A DNA stretch of 64,000 bases from an uncultured Verrucomicrobiae bacterium (lineage in GTDB: Bacteria > Verrucomicrobiota > Verrucomicrobiia > Chthoniobacterales > UBA10450). Position 1 is the stretch's first letter. Every line of letters starts with the position of its first letter. The position numbers were made by a program, and so were the translations under genes. Positions 22,486-32,161 of this stretch are shown piece by piece. Below the pieces are notes generated by a model. The model was not told where the DNA came from, did not search any database, and was given only the letters and a program-made list of their open reading frames with translations. The stretch is taken from contig CAVYXA010000001.1 in NCBI GenBank assembly GCA_963772365.1, positions 1,024,001-1,088,000 of the forward strand. Direction: 5' to 3'.

Positions 22486-23181
22486 ATGCGTCTCAATCGC
22501 TTTCTCGCCGCTGCCGGCGTCGGTTCGCGGCGGCATTGCGATGAATTGATCGCGGCCGGCCGCGTTACGATCAATGGCCAGGTTTGTACCAGGTTCAATG
22601 CCCAGCCCTCTCCGCGCGATCACGTAAAGGTCGACGGCAAGCTTGTTCACGTCGATCACCCGATCACTATCATCCTGAATAAACCGGCCGGATTCGTTTC
22701 AACGCGAAAAGATCCGCACGTGCGCGATACGATTTTCGATCTGTTGCCTCCAAAGTTCGCGCGGCTCTTCAACATCGGCCGACTCGATGCGCAAACAGAA
22801 GGTTTGCTCCTTCTCACAAACGACGGCGATCTCGCCCAGCGGCTCACTCATCCGCGCTACAAGATCGACAAGGAATATGAAGTAAGCCTCGATCGAGCGT
22901 GGGATTCGACACTCACGCCAAAGCTGACAAAAGGGATCCTTCTCGACGGCAAACGCGCGCGAATCGAGCGGCTCCATTCAATCGCTCCGGGGCGATTACG
23001 CGTTGTTCTGCGACAAGGAATTAACCGACAAATTCGCAGGATGTTTGATACGCTCGGCTACGGTGTAAAGCATCTCACCCGCAGCCGGGTCGGGAACATT
23101 CGCCTCGGCGATCTGCCGCGCGGCCACTGGCGTTTTCTGACAAAGCGCGAGCTCGACTCGATATTGCCGGGTGCTCGTTAG
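22486..23181 (+). CDS. RsuA/RluB-family pseudouridine synthase
   Basis: S4 domain MRLNRFLAAAGVGSRR, NKP, GRLD catalytic motif. Confidence 0.92.
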   Translation: MRLNRFLAAAGVGSRRHCDELIAAGRVTINGQVCTRFNAQPSPRDHVKVDGKLVHVDHPITIILNKPAGFVSTRKDPHVRDTIFDLLPPKFARLFNIGRLDAQTEGLLLLTNDGDLAQRLTHPRYKIDKEYEVSLDRAWDSTLTPKLTKGILLDGKRARIERLHSIAPGRLRVVLRQGINRQIRRMFDTLGYGVKHLTRSRVGNIRLGDLPRGHWRFLTKRELDSILPGAR

Positions 23182-23204
23182 ATCAACCGTGATTGCGCCG
23201 TGCG

Positions 23205-23322
23205 GAAAAGCGACGCGAGGACGCGTGCGCACTCCGAAAGCTTCGCGAAATGTGGACAACGCATTCGTCCAGGTGTCGCACGAAGTGCTTTCGGAGTGCG
23301 ACTGCGTCCTCGCATCGCTTTT
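23205..23322. repeat. REP-like family B inverted pair
   Basis: gaaaagcgacgcgaggacgcgtgcgcactccgaaagc ... gctttcggagtgcgactgcgtcctcgcatcgctttt. Confidence 0.8.
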
Positions 23323-23390
23323 TCCTACGCGCGCCATCAATGCACACTACGTTTGACACATTGCCTGGGAAGCCGTCGTTGCTACTAAAT

Positions 23391-24173
23391 ATGGAACTCG
23401 ACGGATGTAGCGCACTCATTACCGGCGCTTCTGCCGGAATTGGACGCGAGTTCGCCCGGCAACTCGCATCGCGCGCCCGCTCACTAGTGCTGGTGGCACG
23501 TCGCCTCGAGCGCTTGGAGGAATTGCGCGATGAACTGCTCAATCGCTCGCCGCACCTGATTATCCACATTCGCGTTGTCGATCTTGCTGACAACTCGCAG
23601 ATCGATCAATTGACCGAATGGCTTCGGGACCAAAAAATCGATATCGATTTACTAATCAATAATGCGGGAATTGGTGATTACGGGCCGGTGGCAACAAGCC
23701 AGATCGAACGAGATGATCGTATGATTCGAGTGAACATCACGGCAATCACGCTGCTCACTCGACATCTGCTGCCGCAAATGATTGTCAAAAAGCGAGGCGC
23801 GATATTGAACGTCAGCTCGAGCGCAGGATTTCTTCCGATTCCAGGCATGGCCGTTTATGCCGCCAGCAAATCTTATGTGATCAGCTTTTCGGAAGCGCTT
23901 CGAGCAGAACTCAAGGGGACCGGGGTTAGCATCACAACCCTTTGCCCTGGACCGGTGCACACCGAATTTGGGGATGCAGCAAAGCGCCCGGGCAACGATC
24001 CATAACGCGCGCCCGAGTTCGTTTACATGTCCGTCCAAAGAGTCGTCCGTGACGCCCTTGCAGCCGTTGAGGCTGATCGCCCTTTGGTCATTCCCGGTTT
24101 CTGGATGAAGCTCGGAATGTTTCTCGTTCGTCTCACGCCGATGGCGATCTTGCGCCGGGTTTTGGCAAGATGA
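23391..24173 (+). pseudogene. Short-chain dehydrogenase/reductase with an in-frame TAA at 24003-24005
   Basis: TGASAGIG, NNAG, YAASK, CPGPV. The same frame continues after TAA as RAPEFVYMSVQRVVRDALAAVEADRPLVIPG...LAR*, a typical SDR tail. Confidence 0.8.
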
Positions 24174-24245
24174 GGTGGCTCGGCTTCTCCGAAGACGCTC
24201 GTAAGACAATCGCCGAAGGGGCACGCCTCGGTCTTCGGCACCGTC
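24174..24245. repeat. Repeat family D copy
   Basis: ggtggctcggcttctccgaagacg...tcgccgaaggggcacg; related copy at ~46984-47036. Confidence 0.6.
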
Positions 24246-24335
24246 ACACGAAAGTTTGGCGGCAAAGCAGCATTTGCTTTATTAAGGCGCTGAGGACAAA
24301 GCGTTCCACCCGAATTGCCATAGTTGAATCTCTGA

Positions 24336-25535
24336 TTAGTCGTCCTCGTCCAGCAAATCTTTCAGCATCGGCTGTGGATTGCTCGGCAACTCTTCGACAT
24401 CGCGCAGCTTTCTCGTGATGGCACGCGACCGAACATCGACATCTTCCATTTTTCGCGCCGCTTGATCGAGTTTGTCCTTCACTGTCGATAACGCTTCGCC
24501 GAACTTTCCGAATTCCGTTTTTACTCCTGCCAGTAAATTCCAGACTTCGCTTGATCGCTTTTGAATGGCCAACGTTCGAAAGCCCATCTGCAAACTGTTT
24601 AGTAATGCGACGAGGGTCGTCGGACCAGCGAAGACTACGCGACAATCGCGCTGGACTTGCTCCACCAATCCGGCCCGCCGGATCGCCTCCGCGTAAAGCC
24701 CCTCTGTCGGCAAAAACATCAACGCGAAATCAGTCGTGCGGGGCGGGTTGATGTATTTCTGGCAAATGTCCTTTGCGCTCTTCTTTAACTGCATTTCCAG
24801 GCTCTTCATGGCGCTGTCGATCGCATCGATATCGCCCTTGTCCTGCGCCGCCAGCAGCCGGGTATAATCTTCCGTCGGAAATTTCGCATCGATCGGCAGC
24901 CAGACCGGCGCGCCATTTTCATCGCCTGGCAGCTTGATTGCGAACTCGACATGTTCGCCGCTTTCTTCGCGCGTCTTCACATTTTTGGCGAACTGATCGG
25001 GCGTAAGCACCTGCTCGAGCAATGCGCCCAATTGCACTTCGCCCCATCCACCCCGGGTTTTAACGTTGGTCAAAACTTTCTGCAATCCGCCTACGTCGCT
25101 GGCCAATTGCTGCATAGCGCCGAGCCCTCTGTGCACCTGTTCAAGCCGTTCGCTCACTAGTTTGAATGATTCACCGAGGCGCTTCTCCAGCGTCCCCTCC
25201 AGTTTTTCATCGACAGTCGACCGCATCTTATCGATCTGCTTTGCGTTATCCTCCTGCAATTGTTTCAACCGAAGATCGACAATCGAACGCACGCTCTCGA
25301 GTGATTTCGTGAGTTCTTCGCGCTGCGCTTTCGCCGCGCCCGCGTTTTCCTCCCGAGTCCGGGCCATTTCCTCACGCAGCATCCGTTCTCCGCGCTCCTG
25401 AGCGGTTTCCAGAAGTTCAATCTTTCTCAACACGGAGCTCTCGTCACCAGCGCCGCGTCGGGCGAGCAAAAGAATGATTCCCGCAAGCAAAATGCCACCG
25501 ATCAAGCTGGCGATGAGATAAAGCAACGGAGTCAC
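24336..25535 (-). CDS. rmuC: DNA recombination protein RmuC
   Basis: N-terminal TM and coiled coil, KTRGGWGEVQL, LPIDAKFP, FALMFLPTEGLY. Confidence 0.93.
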   Translation of the reverse strand: MTPLLYLIASLIGGILLAGIILLLARRGAGDESSVLRKIELLETAQERGERMLREEMARTREENAGAAKAQREELTKSLESVRSIVDLRLKQLQEDNAKQIDKMRSTVDEKLEGTLEKRLGESFKLVSERLEQVHRGLGAMQQLASDVGGLQKVLTNVKTRGGWGEVQLGALLEQVLTPDQFAKNVKTREESGEHVEFAIKLPGDENGAPVWLPIDAKFPTEDYTRLLAAQDKGDIDAIDSAMKSLEMQLKKSAKDICQKYINPPRTTDFALMFLPTEGLYAEAIRRAGLVEQVQRDCRVVFAGPTTLVALLNSLQMGFRTLAIQKRSSEVWNLLAGVKTEFGKFGEALSTVKDKLDQAARKMEDVDVRSRAITRKLRDVEELPSNPQPMLKDLLDEDD

Positions 25536-25549
25536 AATGCGTGAATATC

Positions 25550-25773
25550 TGTAGCGGCGGTCTATGACCGTCGCAAACTTCCGCCCGAAAATGGCAACGG
25601 TCGCAGACCGCCGCTACATCAAAATTGCAGCTTGTTTCCCGCGCAGACGCTCCGGTCCTGTCGGCATTGTCATCCTGAGCGGAGTGAAGGACCTCGCGCA
25701 AACTGGTTGAGCACGCTAGCCAGATTATGTGGCCGAAACTTCGCAGGCGTGTTCCCTCGCTTGCGCTCGGGAT
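25550..25773. repeat. Two adjacent REP-like pairs (GTAG-headed family C at 25550-25618; family A at 25668-25773)
   Basis: tgtagcggcggtctatgaccg...cggtcgcagaccgccgctaca and tgtcatcctgagcggagtgaaggacctc...cgctcgggat. Confidence 0.75.
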
Positions 25774-25784
25774 CGCGATGCACC

Positions 25785-27771
25785 TCAGAAGCGTAATTTT
25801 GCTCCCGCGTAGACAGCTCGCCCGAGCGCGGGAAAGCCGAAGACCTCGGCGTAATGTTCGTTCGTTAAATTATCGACTCGGCCAAAGATCGACATATGCG
25901 GATTGATTTCGTATTCCGCCGCGAAATTGACGAAAACGTAATCTTCAATGTCAAAGTTTGGTCCGCCAAAATTCAATTCTTCACGCGCATTCACAAACTT
26001 GGCGGCGACAGTCGTGCGTAGTTTGCTGCACCAAAGGTAGGAAGCTGAGAGAGATACTTCATTCCGTGGCCGACGCGGCAATCGGGCGCCTTGCTGCTGC
26101 GAAATGTCTGTCGACGACGTTTTCTCTGCGTCCAGATATGTGTAAGTGGCAATCAAGGTAAGGTCGATCATCGGTTGGGCGCGCAATTCCGCTTCCAATC
26201 CCTGCGTTTCTGCCGAGCCCAGATTAAGCGTTTCGAACAATCCGTTAAACCCAATCACGTTGGACAGGTCATTGTGAAAATAAGTAGCGCCGACCATGAC
26301 GCGATTTATCCAGAGCCGTTGCTCGACGCCGATGTCCCAGCCGAAATCTTCTTCCGGACGTAATTCGAAATTCATCCCGAAAATCTTGTCCTGACTGCTC
26401 GGCGGGCTGAATCCCGTAGCCGCGCTGGAATGCAGCGTCGTATTCGTCTTGTCGATCTTGTAACTGCTCGCGACGCGATAAGTCCAAACGTCGCCGAACT
26501 GATTGAAATGATCGATCCGGCCGCCGGCGACCAGAATGAGATTGTCGATGTTAGCTGTTGCTTCCAGAAAGCCAGCGATTTCTTCGGTGTGATCGCTTAT
26601 GAACGTCGGACCAAACAGTACCGAAAGGGCGCTCCTCGCCTGCGTTTAGCCGGCTGTAGAAGAATCCACCAGTAAGCGTGAGCCATGAAGTTGCTTGCAT
26701 ATCGCTTTGGTAATCGATCTGCGTTCTCTCGAATAAAGCGCGCGTCGGGCCGACAAATCCATCCTGGTTCGGATCATTAAGCTGCCGTTCGTGATCGTAG
26801 GCGAACACGAACTTCTGGATCCACCAATCCGTCACTATCCAATCGATATGGGGCGCAATCAGCCAGCGTTCGGTCAGAAAATTGTCGAGCGGACGCGGAT
26901 CGAAGATCGTGTTCGGATTCCCGGTATCGCTCAGCGAATAGGTAAGCAGACTGCCGATTCGCAGGTTCTCATTTGGCGACCAGCCAAGGTTGGCAACTGC
27001 CGCCGTGTTACGATATTCATTATTCGGCCGCGCATTATCGGTGTCGATGCGGCTGGCGCCGATCGAATAATCGAATTCTTTAATCTTGCCATCGCTCTCA
27101 AACGATTCGCGAAACGTCCCGTACGAACCACCTTCAGAGGTTATCGAAGCACCTGGCGTCCCCTCGCCCCGTTTCGTAAAAATCTGAATTACGCCAGCCA
27201 AAGCTCGTGGACCGTAAATGGTGCTTTGCGGACCGCGGACGATCTCGATCCTCTCGATGTTATCAATGCTCAGATCGGCGAAATTGAATGCGCCTTGCAG
27301 TCCTTGGTTGATGGGAATCCCATCGAGCAACACCTGGGTGTGTTCGCTGCGGAGGCCACGCGTGAAAACCGAAGTGAGCTGACCAGCCGTGCCGGTTTCG
27401 ACAACTGAAACGCCGGGAATTTCGCGCAATGCTTCAGCGACTCGTTCGATCTGTTTCTGATCGATATCTTCGGATGAAATCACGGTCACGCTGGCGGGCG
27501 ATTGATCGAGCGGAACACCCGTGCGAGTTGCGGAGACAACAACCGTTTGGGTTTGCTCCTCCTGCCCGAACGAACCGAGCGGAGCTAACGCGAGCAACGC
27601 GGCGATCCGGATTGGGTAGCGCACGCGTCTCGCGTGTTGGTTTTGGCGTCGCGCCAAAACAATCTTTAGTTTAGATTTGGTCCGCGGAGGACGATGAACA
27701 CTCCTAGGAAAGTTCGCGATCGCGAGGACGCGTGCGCTACCCGGAAAGGTGATTGAACGTATTTTCAGCAT
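25785..27771 (-). pseudogene. btuB: BtuB-like TonB-dependent receptor split by a single-base frameshift near 26621
   Basis: TonB box VVVSATR, plug LLDGIP...IERIEIVRGPQSTIYG, C-terminal F. Removing one base joins ORF 26551-27771 to ORF 25785-26375 via VLFGPTFISDHTEEIAG...FSPPSSQD. A B12 riboswitch lies upstream. Confidence 0.8.
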
Positions 27772-27899
27772 AACAAGTTTCCTCCAGTTGTTGAGAGGCG
27801 GACTCGTCGCCGAAACGAAAACGTCCAGCTCTCATTCTTCTTTTTGCGAAGAAGTTTTTTCGTGTCCCGCACTCGCGGGACCGAATGAGGTGGACCCGG

Positions 27900-28085
27900 T
27901 CGAATATTCTGGCTCCTGGCGTATGGTCCGAAAGCTTTCGGACGCACCTTTCTCCCGCCTTCACCGATGTCGCCGCATTCGCGGGACGACCGATTGGCCC
28001 ATGGGAAATTGTATCCAGTTACAGCAGCGCAACTGCTCCCGATTTACACGGGATTTCTCGCGCCGATCCACTAATCCAAGCTCGC
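27900..28085 (-). ncRNA. Cobalamin (AdoCbl) riboswitch
   Basis: Minus strand reads gagaaatcccgtgtaaatcgggagcagttgcgctgctgtaa ... gccaatcgg ... ggtgaaggc ... gagccagaata (B12-box-like); directly 5' of the receptor. Confidence 0.8.
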
Positions 28086-28187
28086 AAAGAACCCACAGCG
28101 CCGTTCCGCCGACGCCTTTCATCAGGGTTAGCCAGCAGATTGTCTCGACTCAAGACAAATTTGATCAATCGCGCTATACTGGCCGCC

Positions 28188-29180
28188 GTGCCCGAATCCG
28201 ATTCCTCGCCAAATTTTGTCGTTACCGGCGGCGCCGGCTTCATTGGGTCCAACCTGACCCTCAAATTACACGAACGATTCCCCAATGCGCGCCTGACGGT
28301 AATCGATGACTTTCGCTCCGGCGATTTTAAGAACCTGGCGGGATATCGCGGTGATTTCGTCGCTCAAAATCTGGCTACGCTTGATTGGCAGCAACAATTT
28401 GGCGATCAAAAGTTCGACGCGATCTTTCATCTCGCCTCGATTACAGACACCACCAACCACAATCAGTTCCAGCAGGTCCACGATAACGTGGAAAGTTTTC
28501 GGCGGATCCTGCGATTCGCACGTCAGACGGAGACCCGAATCATCTACGCCTCTTCAGCCGCCACCTATGGTCCGGCGAGCCAGGCAAGCGTCGAATCAAA
28601 CGGTGCTGCCCCAGCGAATATTTACGCGTTTTCCAAGGCGATCATGGACAACATCGCCACGCGCGAAGCAAAGGAGAACCCGGATTGGATCATCATCGGT
28701 GTTCGCTATTTTAACGTTTACGGTCCACGCGAAGCGCACAAAGGAGTGCCCGCAAGCATGGTTTATCATTTGTCACAACAGATGAAAGCCGGTCAGCGCC
28801 CACGGATTTTTAAACATGGCGAACAGAAACGCGATTTCGTCTATGTAAAGGACGCTGTGGACGGCACGATTCGTGGCCTGGATGCAAAGGCCAGCGGAAT
28901 TTTCAATCTCGGTTCGGGGCGGGCGCGTTCTTTTAACGAACTTGTCGATGTTCTAAACAAGACGCTGGGCACGAAATTTCAGCCTGAGTACATCGACAAT
29001 CCTCACGCGCATTATCAAAACTTCACCTTGGCCGATCTTACCAGAGCGCGCGGCGTTCTCGGCTACAAACCGCTCTTTCCCCTCGAAGACGGCGTTCGGG
29101 ATTACATGCAGTGGTTGTACGGCGCGAACTCACGCGCCATCATCTTGAGCCAAGCGAAGAATCCGGCAAACCGTCCTTGA
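28188..29180 (+). CDS. hldD: ADP-L-glycero-D-manno-heptose 6-epimerase
   Basis: VTGGAGFIGSN, YASSAATYG, YAFSK, RYFNVYGPREAHKG, RDFVYV; GTG start chosen. Confidence 0.88.
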   Translation: MPESDSSPNFVVTGGAGFIGSNLTLKLHERFPNARLTVIDDFRSGDFKNLAGYRGDFVAQNLATLDWQQQFGDQKFDAIFHLASITDTTNHNQFQQVHDNVESFRRILRFARQTETRIIYASSAATYGPASQASVESNGAAPANIYAFSKAIMDNIATREAKENPDWIIIGVRYFNVYGPREAHKGVPASMVYHLSQQMKAGQRPRIFKHGEQKRDFVYVKDAVDGTIRGLDAKASGIFNLGSGRARSFNELVDVLNKTLGTKFQPEYIDNPHAHYQNFTLADLTRARGVLGYKPLFPLEDGVRDYMQWLYGANSRAIILSQAKNPANRP

Positions 29181-29226
29181 TGAAGCAATGCCGGATGGTT
29201 GGTGATCGTTTTCTCGATGCGAAACC

Positions 29227-29637
29227 CTATCCTTCCCAAAGGAATTTGGTGGGCCGGTTTATTTCCGGCGCGAGACTTTTGTGTACCGGACAATTAAGAC
29301 CGGTTTGTTCGAGAACCTGTCGATGCGGCGAATCCGGCGGCAATGGCACGTGAACTTCCGAGGGCAATCCGACAATTCGGCGGGGCGAATCCTTCGACAT
29401 TTCCTTAGTAACGGAAACGGTCATCCCTTTCAAGCTCACGCCCAGCTCCTCAGCCTTGATTCCCATTGTGGTGCTAATGCATGTCCCGAGAGCGGTAGCG
29501 ACAAGATCTGTAGGCGAAAACGATTCGCCTTTCCCTTTATTGTCCGCCGGAGCGTCGGTCGGGATTTTTGACTGCGACGGCCCGTGCGTCGCGTCGCAAT
29601 GCAAATTGCCGGTGTATGTGATCGTGATGTTGACCAT
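29227..29637 (-). CDS. OsmC family protein
   Basis: TDAP..GKGESFSPTDL, ALGTC, NCPV. Confidence 0.9.
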   Translation of the reverse strand: MVNITITYTGNLHCDATHGPSQSKIPTDAPADNKGKGESFSPTDLVATALGTCISTTMGIKAEELGVSLKGMTVSVTKEMSKDSPRRIVGLPSEVHVPLPPDSPHRQVLEQTGLNCPVHKSLAPEINRPTKFLWEG

Positions 29638-29721
29638 GACGAATTATGAGCTGCGTCTTGCGCGTTGTCATGTCGCGGCAGGCAGACGTCTTTGATGCGG
29701 TGGATTAGCGAACGGAAAAGG

Positions 29722-30252
29722 TTAATCCTTTTTCTTCCGGAAACGCTGAACACTCAAGAGCAAGCTGGCTCCCAGGATGGTCATGACCCACGTCGATGGT
29801 TCGGGGATCAGATCAACCGGCTGAGCACCGTTCAGGAAAGCCTCGTACATCGGCACAGCGGCGTTGGCCGAGTTGTCGATCGTCCGATTGGCAGCTTGGG
29901 CCACGCCGCGGATAACGAGTTCGCCAATTCTGTCCGCGTGAAATTCCTCAAATTTTCTAAAGTTCAAATTTCCATTAACGCCTGGGACCATGCTCAGACG
30001 CCGATTATCCGAGACGTAGTTATTTGTGACGCCGTCTTCCAAATTCAAGTCCAGCCCGCCATTCGCCATCATGTCAACCTTTGAAGGCTGATGCGCTGCG
30101 GAAGCTGGCCCGAGCCCCCAATTCCGAATCCCCGAGGCCGCGCTGAATGGAAACAGCTGGCTCTGGGCATCTGCATTGCCGGCCATCAAGAGCACCGTGA
30201 AGGCACTCACCGCAAAAACGAGTGAGCCGCGAATAATTATCCCTTTCGTCAT
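29722..30252 (-). CDS. PEP-CTERM sorting-domain exported protein
   Basis: Signal peptide; C-terminal IPEPSTW, TM segment and RFRKKK. Confidence 0.85.
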   Translation of the reverse strand: MTKGIIIRGSLVFAVSAFTVLLMAGNADAQSQLFPFSAASGIRNWGLGPASAAHQPSKVDMMANGGLDLNLEDGVTNNYVSDNRRLSMVPGVNGNLNFRKFEEFHADRIGELVIRGVAQAANRTIDNSANAAVPMYEAFLNGAQPVDLIPEPSTWVMTILGASLLLSVQRFRKKKD

Positions 30253-30382
30253 AACGTTTACGTTCGATTGCGGCTGGCTTCCCTGCGCAGGGGACAGCCC
30301 GCCCTTCGTTTTTTTGCAACATTGATGATGGAACGTTTATGCTTAAAAAGTCAATGCTTTTCTGAGGTCGAGCACGCCGGCT

Positions 30383-32161
30383 TTAAAGGCCACGCTCCTG
30401 CAACTGGGCAATCGTTTCCCGCAGCATTCGATAGCCAAAATGCCCTTGCCGCACCCGCAATAGCTCTGAGCCACGCCATTTTTGATGGATTTGCTCGATG
30501 TCGATGGGTCGCGCGATGGAATCAAATTCACCGGCCACGAAAAGGACGCGGTCGGCCGGGCAGAGTGGCTCGTTCTGAAGCGGAGAACTGAGATGAAAAT
30601 GGCGCGCCACCAACGCCGAGTCGATATTCGCCCGCCGCAGTTTGCGGGACATCCCAGCCGTCACCGGGCTTTGCCAGATCGCATGTTCGACATTCACAAT
30701 CGGCGCCATCAATGCGACAAACCGAAAATCGGCTTCAACCAGGGCAAGCAGCGCGCCGATCCAGCCGCCGTAGCTCGTTCCCAGGATGCCAAACTGCGAG
30801 CCGCCGCGCTGCCGCAGTGCGCTCATCAATTGTCGAACTTCCATGACCCCCTGACGCAATCCCTCGGCGTTACGAATCAGGTCCGCCGTGATGGCGAGCT
30901 CGCCATTCCAATAACCGCGCGGCGTTCTCGAGTAATGATACGGCAAATGAATGAAACATGCGTTCCAACCGAGCTTATTAAAATGCGCAGCCCACCGCCG
31001 ATAACCGATGCGAGTCGCCGAAAGCAGCGAGTGCAGCAGGAAAACCGTCGGCGCACGCCAGCCCTTGGAACATGGAAACAAATCTGCGCGGGCGATATTG
31101 TTTGCCGGAAACGCCGTCTCAATCGGGCTGGGCCAACTGATCGTGACAGCTCGATCGCCGATCTTCTCGGCCAGCTCGCCATTGCCTGAGACCGCATAGT
31201 ATTCCTGTGCGGTCAGTTTCTCGCATCGCTCGACGTAGCGTTCCATTTCCTCACGACTGCGCGCATGCAAGCAATGCCGCGACTGAAGCAAATTCATCGA
31301 CGCACACATGAGACCGTCGACGGTTCTGGCAGTGATACGGCGCGGCGAGCGCTCCGGATGGCGGACCTGTTTCGCCATTCGCACCTGTGGCGAATGCGGC
31401 AAATCGTCGGTCGTTAATTCGAACTTGTTTTTTAACTCCGCATAAAGATTCTTGAACGCGACGGCAAGCTGCTGTTCGATCCGCTCCCGAGCGTCGAATT
31501 TTTCGAGATTCGAAAGTGTCGGGATCAATTGGCCGAAAGCGACCCAGATTGGTATGCGTCGAAACGGCAGCCAGTTTCGCCAATTGTAAAGCCGGTCCGT
31601 TCCAAGAATAACGCAGGGCAAGATCGGAACGTCCGCGATGTGAGCGAGCGTAGAGGCGCCCGGCCGCAATGGTGCGCCCTCCAGCAACGAGCGCGCCCCA
31701 TCGCGGATTCCGCCCTCAGGAAAAACTCCGACGATTCGTCCTCCTTTCAATCGCTCAACTGCCGTTCGAATTGTCTTGCGATCGGCCCGATGTCGATCCG
31801 CCGGGAAAGCATCGACGGCACGCAGAAATTGGCCCAGGCCCGGCACGGGAAAAAATTCCGACATGGCCATCCAGTCGATCTTGCGTCGCGCCACTGACGA
31901 AATGATCGGCGGATCGAAATGGCTGATGTGATTCGCCGCCAGCAGGAATCCGCCTGATCGATTCACATTTTCGCCACGCAAAACGCGAATCCGCGCCACG
32001 CAGCTTAATAGAATTTTCACCGCAAAAGCAGCGGCGCGATTCGCGATTTGGTGAAAGACCGACGAACAAGAGGCAAATCGTGAAGCGCGAATCGTGAATC
32101 GTGAATCGTCATTCGATGTAACGATGTAACGATGTAACGAATTACGATCCCGTTTCGTCAT
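30383..32161 (-). CDS. Lysophospholipid acyltransferase (PlsC-like) fused to an alpha/beta hydrolase
   Basis: NHISHFD and FPEG acyltransferase motifs; GTSYGG nucleophile elbow, GEFD and QGH in the C-terminal half; ATG 32161 overlaps the upstream stop. Confidence 0.82.
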   Translation of the reverse strand: MTKRDRNSLHRYIVTSNDDSRFTIRASRFASCSSVFHQIANRAAAFAVKILLSCVARIRVLRGENVNRSGGFLLAANHISHFDPPIISSVARRKIDWMAMSEFFPVPGLGQFLRAVDAFPADRHRADRKTIRTAVERLKGGRIVGVFPEGGIRDGARSLLEGAPLRPGASTLAHIADVPILPCVILGTDRLYNWRNWLPFRRIPIWVAFGQLIPTLSNLEKFDARERIEQQLAVAFKNLYAELKNKFELTTDDLPHSPQVRMAKQVRHPERSPRRITARTVDGLMCASMNLLQSRHCLHARSREEMERYVERCEKLTAQEYYAVSGNGELAEKIGDRAVTISWPSPIETAFPANNIARADLFPCSKGWRAPTVFLLHSLLSATRIGYRRWAAHFNKLGWNACFIHLPYHYSRTPRGYWNGELAITADLIRNAEGLRQGVMEVRQLMSALRQRGGSQFGILGTSYGGWIGALLALVEADFRFVALMAPIVNVEHAIWQSPVTAGMSRKLRRANIDSALVARHFHLSSPLQNEPLCPADRVLFVAGEFDSIARPIDIEQIHQKWRGSELLRVRQGHFGYRMLRETIAQLQERGL

